Made by a program: the position numbers and the translations under genes
Part shown: piece by piece, positions 51,201 to 64,000 of the stretch
How positions within the stretch are numbered: position 1 is the first letter of the stretch
Layout: each line of letters starts with the position of its first letter
Assembly (NCBI RefSeq): GCF_964355755.1
Contig: NC_092677.1
Location: 20,234,101 to 20,298,100 of the forward strand
DNA length: 64,000 bases
Source of the DNA: Antedon mediterranea
Lineage: Eukaryota; Animalia; Echinodermata
Direction of reading: 5' to 3'
Notes under the pieces: generated by a model
Seen by the model: only the letters and a program-made list of their open reading frames with translations
Told to the model about the DNA's origin: nothing
Databases searched by the model: none

Positions 51201-54200
51201 AAAGTGCTTAGAAAAGCTTCAAATCGCATTTGGAGACGTTTTAGACCATTTTGTTCATTTCGATGAAACTTGGTTACACAAAAACATCAAAGAGCACAAA
51301 AGAGCTTAATATCGTATTTAAAAACGTTTTAGACCATTTTTAGCATTCCGACAAAACTTTTTCACACCAAACATCAAAGTGTTCAGAATAGCTTTAAATC
51401 GCATTTGGAGACGTTTTAGACCATTTTGTAGTTTTCGAAAAAACTTGTTAACATAAAAACACAAAAGAGCTTCAAATCGCATTTGGAGACGTTTTAGACC
51501 CTTTTGTGCATTTCGATGAAACTTGGTTACACAAAAACATCAAAGTGCTTAAAATCACATTAGAAACCGTTTTAGACCATTTTGAGCATTTCGTTAAAAC
51601 TTTTCACACAAAAACATCAAAGTCCACAAAATAGCTTAATATCGTATATAAAAACGTTTTAGACCATTTTGAGCATTTCGAAAAAACTTTTTCACACAAA
51701 ACATCAAAGTTTACAAAATAGCTTCAAATCGCATTTGGAGACGTTTTAGACCATTTTGAGCATTTTGAGCATTTCGAAAAAACTTTTTCACACAAAACAT
51801 CAAAGTGTACAAAATAGCTTCAAATCGCATTTGGAGACGTTTTAGACAATTTTGTGATTTTCGAAAAAACTTGTTTACATAAAAACACCAAAGTGCTTAG
51901 AAAAGCTTCAAATCGCATTTGGAGACGTTTTAGACCATTTTGTTCATTTCGATGAAACTTGGTTACACAAAAACATCAAAGTGCTTAAAATCACATTAGA
52001 AACCGTTTTAGACCATTTTGAGCATTTCGTTAAAACTTTTCACACAAAAACATCAAAGTCCACAAAATAGCTTAATATCGTATATAAAAACGTTTTAGAC
52101 CATTTTGAGCATTTCGAAAAAACTTTTTCACACAAAACATCAAAGTTTACAAAATAGCTTCAAATCGCATTTGGAGACGTTTTAGACCATTTTGAGCATT
52201 TCGATAAAATTTTACACACAAAAACATCAAAGAGCACAAAAGAGCTTAATATCGTATTTAAAAACGTTTGAGACCATTTTGAGCATTTCGACAAAACTTT
52301 TTCACACAAAACATCAAAGTGTACAGAATAGCTTTAAATCGCATTTGGAGACGTTTTAGACCATTTTGTAGTTTTCGAAAAAACTTGTTTACATAAAAAC
52401 ACCAAAGTGCTAAGAATAGCTTCCAATCGCATTTGGAGACGTTTTAGACCCTTTTGTGCATTTCGATGAAACTTGGTTACACAAAAACATCAAAGAGCAC
52501 AAAAGAGCTTAATATCGTATTTAAAAACGTTTTAGACCATTTTGAGCATTTCGAAAAAACTTTTTCACACAAAACATCAAAGTTTACAAAATAGCTTCAA
52601 ATCGCATTTGGAGACGTTTTAGACCATTTTGTGATTTTCGAAAAAACTTGTTAACATAAAAACACCAAAGTGCTTAGAAAAGCTTCAAATCGCATTTGGA
52701 GACGTTTTAGACCATTTTGTTCATTTCGATGAAACTTGGTTACACAAAAACATCAAAGAGCACAAAAGAGCTTAATATCGTATTTAAAAACGTTTTAGAC
52801 CATTTTGAGCATTTCGACAAAACTTTTTCACACAAAACATCAAAGTGTACAGAATAGCTTTAAATCGCATTTGGAGACGTTTTAGACCATTTTGTAGTTT
52901 TCGAAAAAACTTGTTAACATAAAAACACAAAAGAGCTTCAAATCGCATTTGGAAACGTTTTAGACCCTTTTGTGCATTTCGATGAAACTTGGTTACACAA
53001 AAACATCAAAGTGCTTAAAATCACATTAGAAACCGTTTTAGACCATTTTGAGCATTTCGTTAAAATTTTTAACAGAAAAACATCAAAGAGCAAAAAATAG
53101 CTTAATATCGTATTTAAAAACGTTTTAGACCATTTTGAGCATTTCGACAAAACTTTTTCACACAAAACATCAAAGTGTACAGAATAGCTTCAAATCACAT
53201 TTGGAGACGTTTTAAACCATTTTGAGCATTTCGATAAAATTTTACACACAAAAACATCAAAGTGCACAATTAATATGGTATTTAAAAACGTTTTAGACCA
53301 TTTTGAGCATTTCAACAAAACTTTTTCTCACAAAACATCAAAGTGTACAGAATAGCTTCAAATCGCATTTGGAGACGTTTTAGACCATTTTGTGCATTTC
53401 GATGAAACTTGGTTACACAAAAACATCAAAGTGCTTAAAATCACATTTTGAGCATTTCGTTAAAACTTTTCACACAAAAACATCAAAGTCCACAAAATAG
53501 CTTAATATAGTATTTAAAAACGTTTTAGACCATTTTGTGATTTTCGAAAAAACTTGTTAACATAAAAACACCAAAGTGCTCAGAATACCTTCAAATCGCA
53601 TTTTGAGACGTTTTAGACCATTTTGAGCATTTCGTTAAAACTTTTTCACACAAAACATCAAAGTTTACAAAATAGCTTCAAATCGCATTTGGAGACGTTT
53701 TAGACCATTTTGTGATTTTCGAAAAAACTTGTTAACATAAAAACACCAAAGTGCTCAGAATACCTTCAAATCGCATTTTGAGACGTTTTAGACCATTTTG
53801 TGATTTTCGAAAAAACTTGTTAACATAAAAACACCAAAGTGCTTAGAAAAGCTTCAAATCGCATTTGGAGACGTTTTAGACCATTTTGTTCATTTCGATG
53901 AAACTTGGTTACACAAAAACATCAAAGAGCACAAAAGAGCTTAATATCGTATTTAAAAACGTTTTAGACCATTTTGAGCATTTCGAAAAAACTTTTTCAC
54001 ACAAAACATCAAAGTTTACAAAATAGCTTCAAATCGCATTTGGAGACGTTTTAGACCATTTTGTGATTTTCGAAAAAACTTGTTAACATAAAAACACCAA
54101 AGTGCTTAGAAAAGCTTCAAATCGCATTTGGAGACGTTTTAGACCATTTTGTTCATTTCGATGAAACTTGGTTACACAAAAACATCAAAGAGCACAAAAG

Positions 54201-57200
54201 AGCTTAATATCGTATTTAAAAACGTTTTAGACCATTTTGAGCATTTCGACAAAACTTTTTCACACAAAACATCAAAGTGTACAGAATAGCTTTAAATCGC
54301 ATTTGGAGACGTTTTAGACCATTTTGTAGTTTTCGAAAAAACTTGTTAACATAAAAACACAAAAGAGCTTCAAATCGCATTTGGAGAGGTTTTAGACCCT
54401 TTTGTGCATTTCGATGAAACTTGGTTACACAAAAACATCAAAGTGCTTAAAATCACATTAGAAACCGTTTTAGACCATTTTGAGCATTTCGACAAAACTT
54501 TTTCACACAAAACATCAAAGTGTACAGAATAGCTTCAAATCGCATTTGGAGACGTTTTAGACCATTTTGTGATTTTCGAAAAAAATTGTTAACATAAAAA
54601 CACCAAAGTGCTCAGAATACCTTCAAATCGCATTTTGAGACGTTTTAGACCATTTTGTGATTTTCGAAAAAACTTGTTAACATAAAAACACCAAAGTGCT
54701 CAGAATACCTTCAAATCGTATTTTGAGACGTTTTAGACCATTTTGTGATTTTCGAAAAAACTTGTTAACATAAAAACACCAAAGTGCTTAGAAAAGCTTC
54801 AAATCGCATTTGGAGACGTTTTAGACCATTTTGTTCATTTCGATGAAACTTGGTTACACAAAAACATCAAAGAGCACAAAAGAGCTTAATATCGTATTTA
54901 AAAACGTTTTAGACCATTTTGAGCATTTCGACAAAACTTTTTCACACAAAACATCAAAGTGTACAGAATAGCTTTAAATCGCATTTGGAGACGTTTTAGA
55001 CCATTTTGTAGTTTTCGAAAAAACTTGTTAACATAAAAACACAAAAGAGCTTCAAATCGCATTTGGAGACGTTTTAGACCCTTTTGTGCATTTCGATGAA
55101 ACTTGGTTACACAAAAACATCAAAGTGCTTAAAATCACATTAGAAACCGTTTTAGACCATTTTGAGCATTTCGTTAAAACTTTTCACACAAAAACATCAA
55201 AGTCCACAAAATAGCTTCATATCGTATTTAAAAACGTTTTAGACCATTTTGAGCATTTCGAAAAAACTTTTTCACACAAAACATCAAAGTTTACAAAATA
55301 GCTTCAAATCGCATTTGGAGACGTTTTAGACCATTTTGTGATTTTCGAAAAAAATTGTTAACATAAAAACACCAAAGTGCTCAGAATACCTTCAAATCGC
55401 ATTTTGAGACGTTTTAGACCATTTTGTGATTTTCGAAAAAACTTGTTAACATAAAAACACCAAAGTGCTTAGAAAAGCTTCAAATCGCATTTGGAGACGT
55501 TTTATACCATTTTGTTCATTTCGATGAAACTTGGTTACACAAAAACATCAAAGAGCACAAAAGAGCTTAATATCGTATTTAAAAACGTTTTAGACCATTT
55601 TGAGCATTTCGACAAAACTTTTTCACACAAAACATCAAAGTGTACAGAATAGCTTTAAATCGCATTTGGAGACGTTTTAGACCATTTTATAGTTTTCGAA
55701 AAAACTTGTTAACATAAAAACACAAAAGAGCTTCAAATCGCATTTGGAGACGTTTTAGACCCTTTTGTGCATTTCGATGAAACTTGGTTACACAAAAACA
55801 TCAAAGTGCTTAAAATCACATTAGAAACCGTTTTAGACCATTTTGAGCATTTCGTTAAAACTTTTCACACAAAAACATCAAAGTCCACAAAATAGCTTCA
55901 TATCGTATTTAAAAAGGTTTTAGACCATTTTGAGCATTTCGAAAAAACTTTTTCACACAAAACATCAAAGTTTACAAAATAGCTTCAAATCGCATTTGGA
56001 GACGTTTTAGACCATTTTGTGATTTTCGAAAAAACTTGTTAACATAAAAACACCAAAGTGCTTAGAAAAGCTTCAAATCGCATTTGGAGACGTTTTATAC
56101 CATTTTGTTCATTTCGATGAAACTTGGTTACACAAAAACATCAAAGTGCTTAAAATCACATTTTGAGCATTTCGTTAAAACTTTTCACACAAAAACATCA
56201 AAAAGTAAAAAATAGCTTAATATCGTATTTAAAAACGTTTTAGACCATTTTGAGCGTTTCGAAAAAACTTTTTCACACAAAACATCAAAGTGTACAAAAT
56301 AGCTTCAAATCGCATTTGGAGACGTTTTAGACAATTTTGTGATTTTCGAAAAAACTTGTTTACATAAAAACACCAAAGTGCTAAGAATAGCTTCCAATCG
56401 CATTTGGAGACGTTTTAGACCCTTTTGTGCATTTCGATGAAACTTGGTTACACAAAAACATCAAAGTGCTTAAAATCACATTTTTGAGCATTTCGTTAAA
56501 ACTTTTCACACAAAAACATCAAAGTCCACAAAATAGCTTAATATAGTATTTAAAAACGTTTTAGACCATTTTGAGTGTTTTGAAAAAACTTTTTCACACA
56601 AAACATCAAAGTTTACAAAATAGCTTCAAATAGCATTTGGAGACGTTTTAGACCATTTTGTGATTTTCGAAAAAACTTGTTAACATAAAAACACCAAGGT
56701 GCTCAGAATACCTTCAAATCGCATTTTGAGACGTTTTAGACCATTTTGTGATTTTCGAAAAAACTTGTTAACATAAAAACACCAAAGTGCTTAGAAAAGC
56801 TTCAAATCGCATTTGGAGACGTTTTAGACCATTTTGAGCATTTCGATAAAATTTTACACACAAAAACATCAAAGATTTCGATGAAACTTGGTTACACAAA
56901 AACATCAAAGAGCACAAAAGACCTTAATATCGTATTTAAAAACGTTTGAGACCATTTTGAGCATTTCGACAAAACTTTTTCACACAAAACATCAAAGTGT
57001 ACAGAATAGCTTTAAATCGCATTTGGAGACGTTTTAGACCATTTTGTAGTTTTCGAAAAAACTTGTTAACATAAAAACACAAAAGAGCTAAGAATAGCTT
57101 CAAATCGCATTTGTAGACGTTTTAGACCCTTTTGTGCATTTCGATGAAACTTGGTTACACAAAAACATCAAAGTGCTTAAAATCACATTAGAAACCGTTT

Positions 57201-60200
57201 TAGACCATTTTGAGCATTTCGAAAAAACTTTTTCACACAAAACATCAAAGTTTACAAAATAGCTTCAAATCACATTTGGAGACGTTCTAGACCATTTTGT
57301 GATTTTCAAAAAAACTTGTTAACATAAAAACACCAAAGTGCTCAGAATACCTTCAAATCGCATTTTGAGACGTTTTAGACCATTTTGTGATTTTCGAAAA
57401 AACTTGTTAACATAAAAACACCAAAGTGCTTAGAAAAGCTTCAAATCGCATTTGGAGACGTTTTAGACAATTTGTTCATTTCGATGAAACTTGGTTACAC
57501 AAAAACATCAAAGAGCACAAGAGAGCTTAATATCGTATTTAAAGACGTTTTAGACCATTTTGAGAATTTCGACAAAACTTTTTCACACAAAACATCAAAG
57601 TGTACAGAATAGCTTTAAATCGCATTTGGAGACGTTTTAGACCATTTTGTAGTTTTCGAAAAAACTTGTTAACATAAAAACACAAAAGAGCTAAGAATAG
57701 CTTCAAATCGCATTTGGAGACGTTTTAGACCCTTTTGTGCATTTCGATGAAACTTGGTTACACAAAAACATCAAAGTGCTTAAAATCACATTAGAAACCG
57801 TTTTAGACCATTTTGAGCATTTCGTTAAAACTTTTCACACAAAAACATCAAAGTCCACAAAATAGCTTAATATCGTATTTAAAAACGTTTTAGACCATTT
57901 TGAGCATTTCGAAAAAACTTTTTCACACAAAACATCAAAGTTTACAAAATAGCTTCAAATCGCATTTGAAGACGTTTTAGACCATTTTGTGATTTTCGAA
58001 AAAACTTGTTAACATAAAAACACCAAATTGCTCAGAATACCTTCAAATCGCATTTTGAGACGTTTTAGACCATTTTGTGATTTTCGAAAAAACTTGTTAT
58101 TAACATAAAAACACCAAAGTGCTTAGAAAAGCTTCAAATCGCATTTGGAGACGTTTTAGACCATTTTGTGCATTTCGATGAAACTTGGTTACACAAAAAC
58201 ATCAAAGTGCTTAAAATCACATTTAGACCATTTCGTTAAAACTTTTCACACAAAAACATCAAAGAGTAAAAAATAGCTTAATATCGTATTTAAAAACGTT
58301 TTAGACCATTTTGAGCAATTCGACAAAACTTTTTCTCACAAAACATCAAAGTGTACAGAATAGCTTCAAATCGCATTTGGAGACGTTTTAGACCATTTTG
58401 TAGTTTTCGAAAAAACTTGTTAACATAAAAACACAAAAGAGCTTCAAATCGCATTTGGAGACGTTTTAGACCCTTTTGTGCATTTCGATGAAACTTGGTT
58501 ACACAAAAACATCAAAGTGCTTAAAATCACATTAGAAACCGTTTTAGACCATTTTGAGCATTTCGTTAAAACTTTTCACACAAAAACATCAAAGTCCACA
58601 AAATAGCTTCATATCGTATTTAAAAACGTTTTAGACCATTTTGAGCATTTCGAAAAAACTTTTTCACACAAAACATCAAAGTTTACAAAATAGCTTCAAA
58701 TCGCATTTGGAGACGTTTTAGACCATTTTGTGATTTTCGAAAAAAATTGTTAACATAAAAACACCAAAGTGCTCAGAATACCTTCAAATCGCATTTGGAG
58801 ACGTTTTAGACCATTTTGTGATTTTCGAAAAAACTTGTTAACATAAAAACACCAAAGTGCTTAGAAAAGCTTCAAATCGCATTTGGAGACGTTTTAGACC
58901 ATTTTCTTCATTTCGATGAAACTTGGTTACACAAAAACATCAAAGTGCTTAAAATCACATTTAGACCATTTCGTTAAAACTTTTCACACAAAAACATCAA
59001 AGAGTAAAAAATAGCTTAATATCGTATTTAAAAACGTTTTAGACCATTTTGAGCAATTCGACAAAACTTTTTCTCACAAAACATCAAAGTGTACAGAATA
59101 GCTTCAAATCGCATTTGGAGACGTTTTAGACCATTTTGTAGTTTTCGAAAAAACTTGTTAACATAAAAACACAAAAGAGCTTCAAATCGCATTTGGAGAC
59201 GTTTTAGACCCTTTTGTGCATTTCGATGAAACTTGGTTACACAAAAACATCAAAGTGCTTAAAATCACATTAGAAACCGTTTTAGACCATTTTGAGCATT
59301 TCGTTAAAACTTTTCACACAAAAACATCAAAGTCCACAAAATAGCTTCATATCGTATTTAAAAACGTTTTAGACCATTTTGAGCATTTCGAAAAAACTTT
59401 TTCACACAAAACATCAAAGTTTACAAAATAGCTTCAAATCGCATTTGGAGACGTTTTAGACCATTTTGTGATTTTCGAAAAAACTTGTTAACATAAAAAC
59501 ACCAAAGTGCTCAGAATACCTTCAAATCGCATTTGGAGACGTTTTAGACCATTTTGTGATTTTCGAAAAAACTTGTTAACATAAAAACACCAAAGTGCTT
59601 AGAAAAGCTTCAAATCGCATTTGGAGACGTTTTAGACCATTTTCTTCATTTCGATGAAACTTGGTTACACAAAAACATCAAAGAGCACAAAAGAGCTTAA
59701 TATCGTATTTAAAAACGTTTTAGACCATTTTGAGCATTTCGACAAAACTTTTTCACACAAAACATCAAAGTGTACAGAATAGCTTTAAATCGCATTTGGA
59801 GACGTTTTAGACCATTTTGTAGTTTTCGAAAAAACTTGTTAACATAAAAACACAAAAGAGCTTCAAATCGCATTTGGAGACGTGTTAGACCCTTTTGTGC
59901 ATTTCGATGAAACTTGGTTACACAAAAACATCAAAGTGCTTAAAATCACATTAGAAACCGTTTTAGACCATTTTGAGCATTTCGTTAAAACTTTTCACAC
60001 AAAAACATCAAAGTCCACAAAATAGCTTAATATCGTATTTAAAAACGTTTTAGACCATTTTGAGCATTTCGAAAAAACTTTTTCACACAAAACATCAAAG
60101 TTTACAAAATAGCTTCAAATCGCATTTGAAGACGTTTTAGACCATTTTGTGATTTTCGAAAAAACTTGTTAACATAAAAACACCAAATTGCTCAGAATAC

Positions 60201-61689
60201 CTTCAAATCGCATTTTGAGACGTTTTAGACCATTTTGTGATTTTCGAAAAAACTTGTTAACATAAAAACACCAAAGTGCTCAGAATACCTTCAAATCGCA
60301 TTTGGAGACGTTTTAGACCATTTTGTGATTTTCGAAAAAACTTGTTAACATAAAAACACCAAAGTGCTTAGAAAAGCTTCAAATCGCATTTGGAGACGTT
60401 TTAGACCATTTTGTTCATTTCGATGAAACTTGGTTACACAAAAACATCAAAGAGCACAAAAGAGCTTAATATCGTATTTAAAAACGTTTTAGACCATTTT
60501 GAGCATTTCGACAAAACTTTTTCACATCAAAGTGTACAGAATAGCTTTAAATCGCATTTGGAGACGTTTTAGACCATTTTGTGATTTTCGAAAAAACTTG
60601 TTAACATAAAAACACCAAAGTGCTCAGAATACCTTCAAATCGCATTTTGAGACGTTTTAGACCATTTTGTGATTTTCGAAAAAACTTGTTAACATAAAAA
60701 CACCAAAGTGCTTAGAAAGCTTCAAATCGCATTTGGAGACGTTTTAGACCATTTTGAGCATTTCGATAAAATTTTACACACAAAAACATCAAAGTGCACA
60801 AAATAGCTTAATATGGTATTTAAAAACGTTTTAGACCATTTTGAGCATTTCGACAAAACTTTTTCTCACAAAACATCAAAGTTTACAGAATAGCTTCAAA
60901 TCGCATTTGGAGACGTTTTAGTCCACAAAATAGCTTAATATCATATTTAAAAAAGTTTTAGACCATTTTGAGCATTTCGAAAAAACTTTTTCACACAAAA
61001 CATCAAAGTGTACAAAATAGCTTTAAATCGCATTTGGAGACGTTTTAGACCATTTTGTGATTTTCGAAAAAACTTGTTTACATAAAAACACCAAAGTGCT
61101 AAGAATAGCTTCCAATCGTATTTGGAGACGTTTTAGACCCTTTTGTGCATTTCGATGAAACTTGGTTACACAAAAACATCAAAGTGCTTAAAATCACCTT
61201 AGAAACCGTTTTAGACCATTTTGAGCATTTCCTTAAAATTTTTCACAGAAAAACATCAAAGAGCAAAAAATAGCTTAATATCGTTTTTAAAAACGTTTTA
61301 GACCATTTTGTGATTTTCGTTAAAACTTTTCACACAAAAACATCAAAGTGCTTAGAAAAGCTTCAAATCGCATTTGGAGACGTTTTAGACCATTTTGTTC
61401 ATTTCGATGAAACTTGGTTACACAAAAACATCAAAGAGCACAAAATAGTTTAATATCGTATTTAAAAACGTTTTAGACCATTTTGAGCATTTCGACAAAA
61501 CCTTTTCACACAAAACATCAAAGTGTACAGAATAGCTTTAAATCGCATTTGGAGACGTTTTAAACCATTTTGTGATTTTCCAAAAAACTTGTTAACATAA
61601 AAACACTAAAGAGCTAAGAATCGCTTCAAATCGCATTTGGAGACGTTTTAGACCCTTTTGTGCATTTCGATGAAACTTGGTTACACAAA
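33285..61689 (+). repeat. 28-kb array of the ~87-bp satellite with ~681-bp 8-mer higher-order repeat (HOR)
   Basis: Monomer starts at 33301, 33388, 33476. Variant order GTCCAC-GTTTAC-GTGCTCAG-GTGCTTAG-GAGCAC-GTGTAC-short-short; one HOR spans 38146 to 38827. Confidence 0.97.
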
Positions 61690-62122
61690 ATTCGCTACAT
61701 GTATTTGATCTCGTAAATTTTATGTTAGCGCCCTCAATTTAATGTAAAAAGAAATTAATTTATCTTCGTTACGTGTTTAGAAGAGAATGTATGTCTCACC
61801 GTAGTTTGGTATGCCGTTTGTTATTATGCAAATGAGTTTTTGCAGGTGTAGTGGGAAAGATGGTATTGTTAGTAAGTCGAGGTCAACACGCCACACTGTT
61901 GAATTTTGATTTTGTTAATCAATGTTGCTACATTGGTAGCGAAATGTCCGATTCATGCAATATATTGTATTGTAATATGTTATGAATAAACATTTATGGA
62001 TGGTAGTTGGTGTGTATGGCCGCACCGTCCCAGAATAAACATGTTTTAAACAGATAATTTGTCTCCGATGATTTTTGTATGGGGTTAATGGAGAGTGAAA
62101 TAGATCAAATATAAAACATTTG
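61690..62122 (-). repeat. Dispersed repeat 'X', inverted copy
   Basis: Reverse complement of 24746-25177 with scattered substitutions. Confidence 0.88.
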
Positions 62123-62550
62123 CAAAGATGCCGATTTCCAGACTGATTTCGAAACTTAGATTAATTCCGCCGGGCTGGGCCTTAGGCATATACGAAGTCG
62201 AGTTTTTAAAGTAGAAAACTCTACCTAAACTTTTGAATTCGCATCTGGATAGTTGAATTTTTAACAAATATCATAAATATCATAGGTGATTATGTATGGT
62301 AATAAGTATAAGTATAAGTGCAATTCTGGGCTCTATATTCACTATTAGTTCTGCCCCAAACATGGTGGGCTAGTAGGCCTACTGGAGACCTAATATTTAA
62401 TTTCATATTTCAATGAATAGGTGCACTTTCCGGTGACAAGCTCTACTGTCCTTGTTAGTCTTATATATTTTGTTTCATATAATTTCAAATCATGTAAAGT
62501 ACCATTTTCAGGCGGGAGTCTGTGCAACTCTATTTTTTTTATTTTAAACA

Positions 62551-62665
62551 GTTTGGTATGCCGTCGTGGTTGTTATGCAAATGAGCTTGTGCACGTGTAT
62601 GGAAGATAATATGTAAATCATTCGCGGTCAACACGCCACACTGTTAAATTTTGATGCTGTTAATA
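62551..62665 (-). repeat. Diverged partial copy of X
   Basis: GTTTGGTATGCCGT...TTATGCAAATGAG...GGTCAACACGCCACACTGTT matches 61804-61920. Confidence 0.75.
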
Positions 62666-62686
62666 TTTACATTAGAATATTGCCTG

Positions 62687-64000
62687 GAGGTTCGAACCCA
62701 CTACTGCGAGCACTCAAACTTGAGCATTACCCGTTACGCCTCAAACCAGTAGATGATTGAAGAGCTGATAATACTCTATTTATATGAAATGAATAATAAA
62801 TCAATGAAAAATAATGCCATGCAACTTTGTTTCTGATTTTAAAAAAGGTTCACTTGTTTAGGCCTGACATTTACAACCCTCAAAATATCTCACTTTCAAA
62901 AACAATATTTATTTTCAATTTACAAAAAAAATAAAATATCCCTAGAAGTTCGACCCCACTATTGAAATCACTCAAACCTGAGCATTACCCGTTACGCCGC
63001 AAACCAGTATATGACTGAAGAGCTGATAATAGTCTATGTATATGAAATGGATGATCAATCAATGAAAAATAATGCCATGCAACTTTGTTTCTGATTTTAA
63101 AAAAGGTCCACTTGTTTAGGCCTGACATTTACAACCCTCAAAATATCTCACTTTCAAAAACAATATTTATTTTCAATTTAAAAAAAAAAAAAATCCCTAG
63201 AGGTTCGAACCCACTACAAAGAGCACTCAAACCGGAGCATTATCCGTTACGCCACAAACCAGTAGATGACTGAGGAGCTGATAATAGTCTATTTATATGA
63301 AATAAATGATCAATCAATGAAAAATAATGTCATGCAACTTTGTTTCTGATTTTAAAAAAGGTCCACTTGTTTAGGCCTGACATTTACAACCCTCAAAATA
63401 TCTCACTTTCAAAAACAATATTATTTTCAATTAAAAAAAAAAAAGAAAAAAAATATTCGTAGAGGTTCGAACCCACTACTGCGAGAACTCAAACCTGAGC
63501 ACTACCGGTTACGCCACAAACCAGTAGATGACTGAAGAGCTGATAACAGTCTATTTATATGAAATAAATGATCAATCAATGAAAAATAATGCCATGCAAC
63601 TTTGTTTCTGATTTTAAAAAAGGTCCACTTGTTTAGGCCTGACATTTACAACCCTCAAAATATCTCACTTTCAAAAACAATATTTATTTTCAATTTAAAA
63701 AAAAAAAAATCCCTAGAGGTTCGAACCCACTACTAAGAGCACTCAAACCTGAGCATTATCCGTTACGGCACAAACCAGTAGATGACTGAGGAGCTGATAA
63801 TAGTCTATTTATATGAAATAAATGATCAATCAATGAAAAATAATGTCATGCAACTTTGCTTCTGATTTTAAAAAAGGTCCACTTGTTGAGGCCTGACATT
63901 TACAACCCTCAAAATATCTCACTTTCAAAAACAATATTATTTTCAATAAAAAAAAAAAAAGAAAAACAATATTCGTAGAGGTTCGAACCCACTACTCCGA
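62687..64000 (-). repeat. ~257-bp Pol III-cassette array, inverted, runs off window end
   Basis: Reverse complement of the 25503-28010 unit; B-boxes at ~62689, 62947, 63202, 63464, 63718, 63980. Confidence 0.92.

Noticed and set aside
62085-62609. Two ~60-aa ORFs in unique-looking DNA
   Set aside because: Short, non-ATG starts, no recognisable motif.

Overview
Gene-free, AT-rich eukaryotic (probably invertebrate metazoan) heterochromatin made almost entirely of repeats. It has three satellite families: a pyrimidine-strand (CT)n-CGCTGATCTAT minisatellite (~18 kb in three blocks), an ~87-bp satellite with an ~681-bp 8-mer higher-order repeat (1.4 kb plus 28 kb), and an ~186-bp satellite. Two arrays of an ~257-bp unit each carry a Pol III-type cassette (TATA, A-box, B-box, oligo-T). 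A 5-kb nest contains Helentron-type (HINE/DINE-1-like) elements interleaved with 11 tRNA-Val(AAC)-derived copies and a Rex1/Babar-like LINE 3' fragment. There is also an ~245-nt tRNA-headed element. The most striking feature is a 2156-bp CAC...GTG element in the minisatellite (14008-16163). Its two ends read CACA(T/C)TC-spacer-ACAAAAAGT with 11-bp and 21-bp spacers, an asymmetric layout like the 12/23 recombination signal sequences (RSS). No intact protein-coding gene is supported. All calls are by eye; no database search was run.
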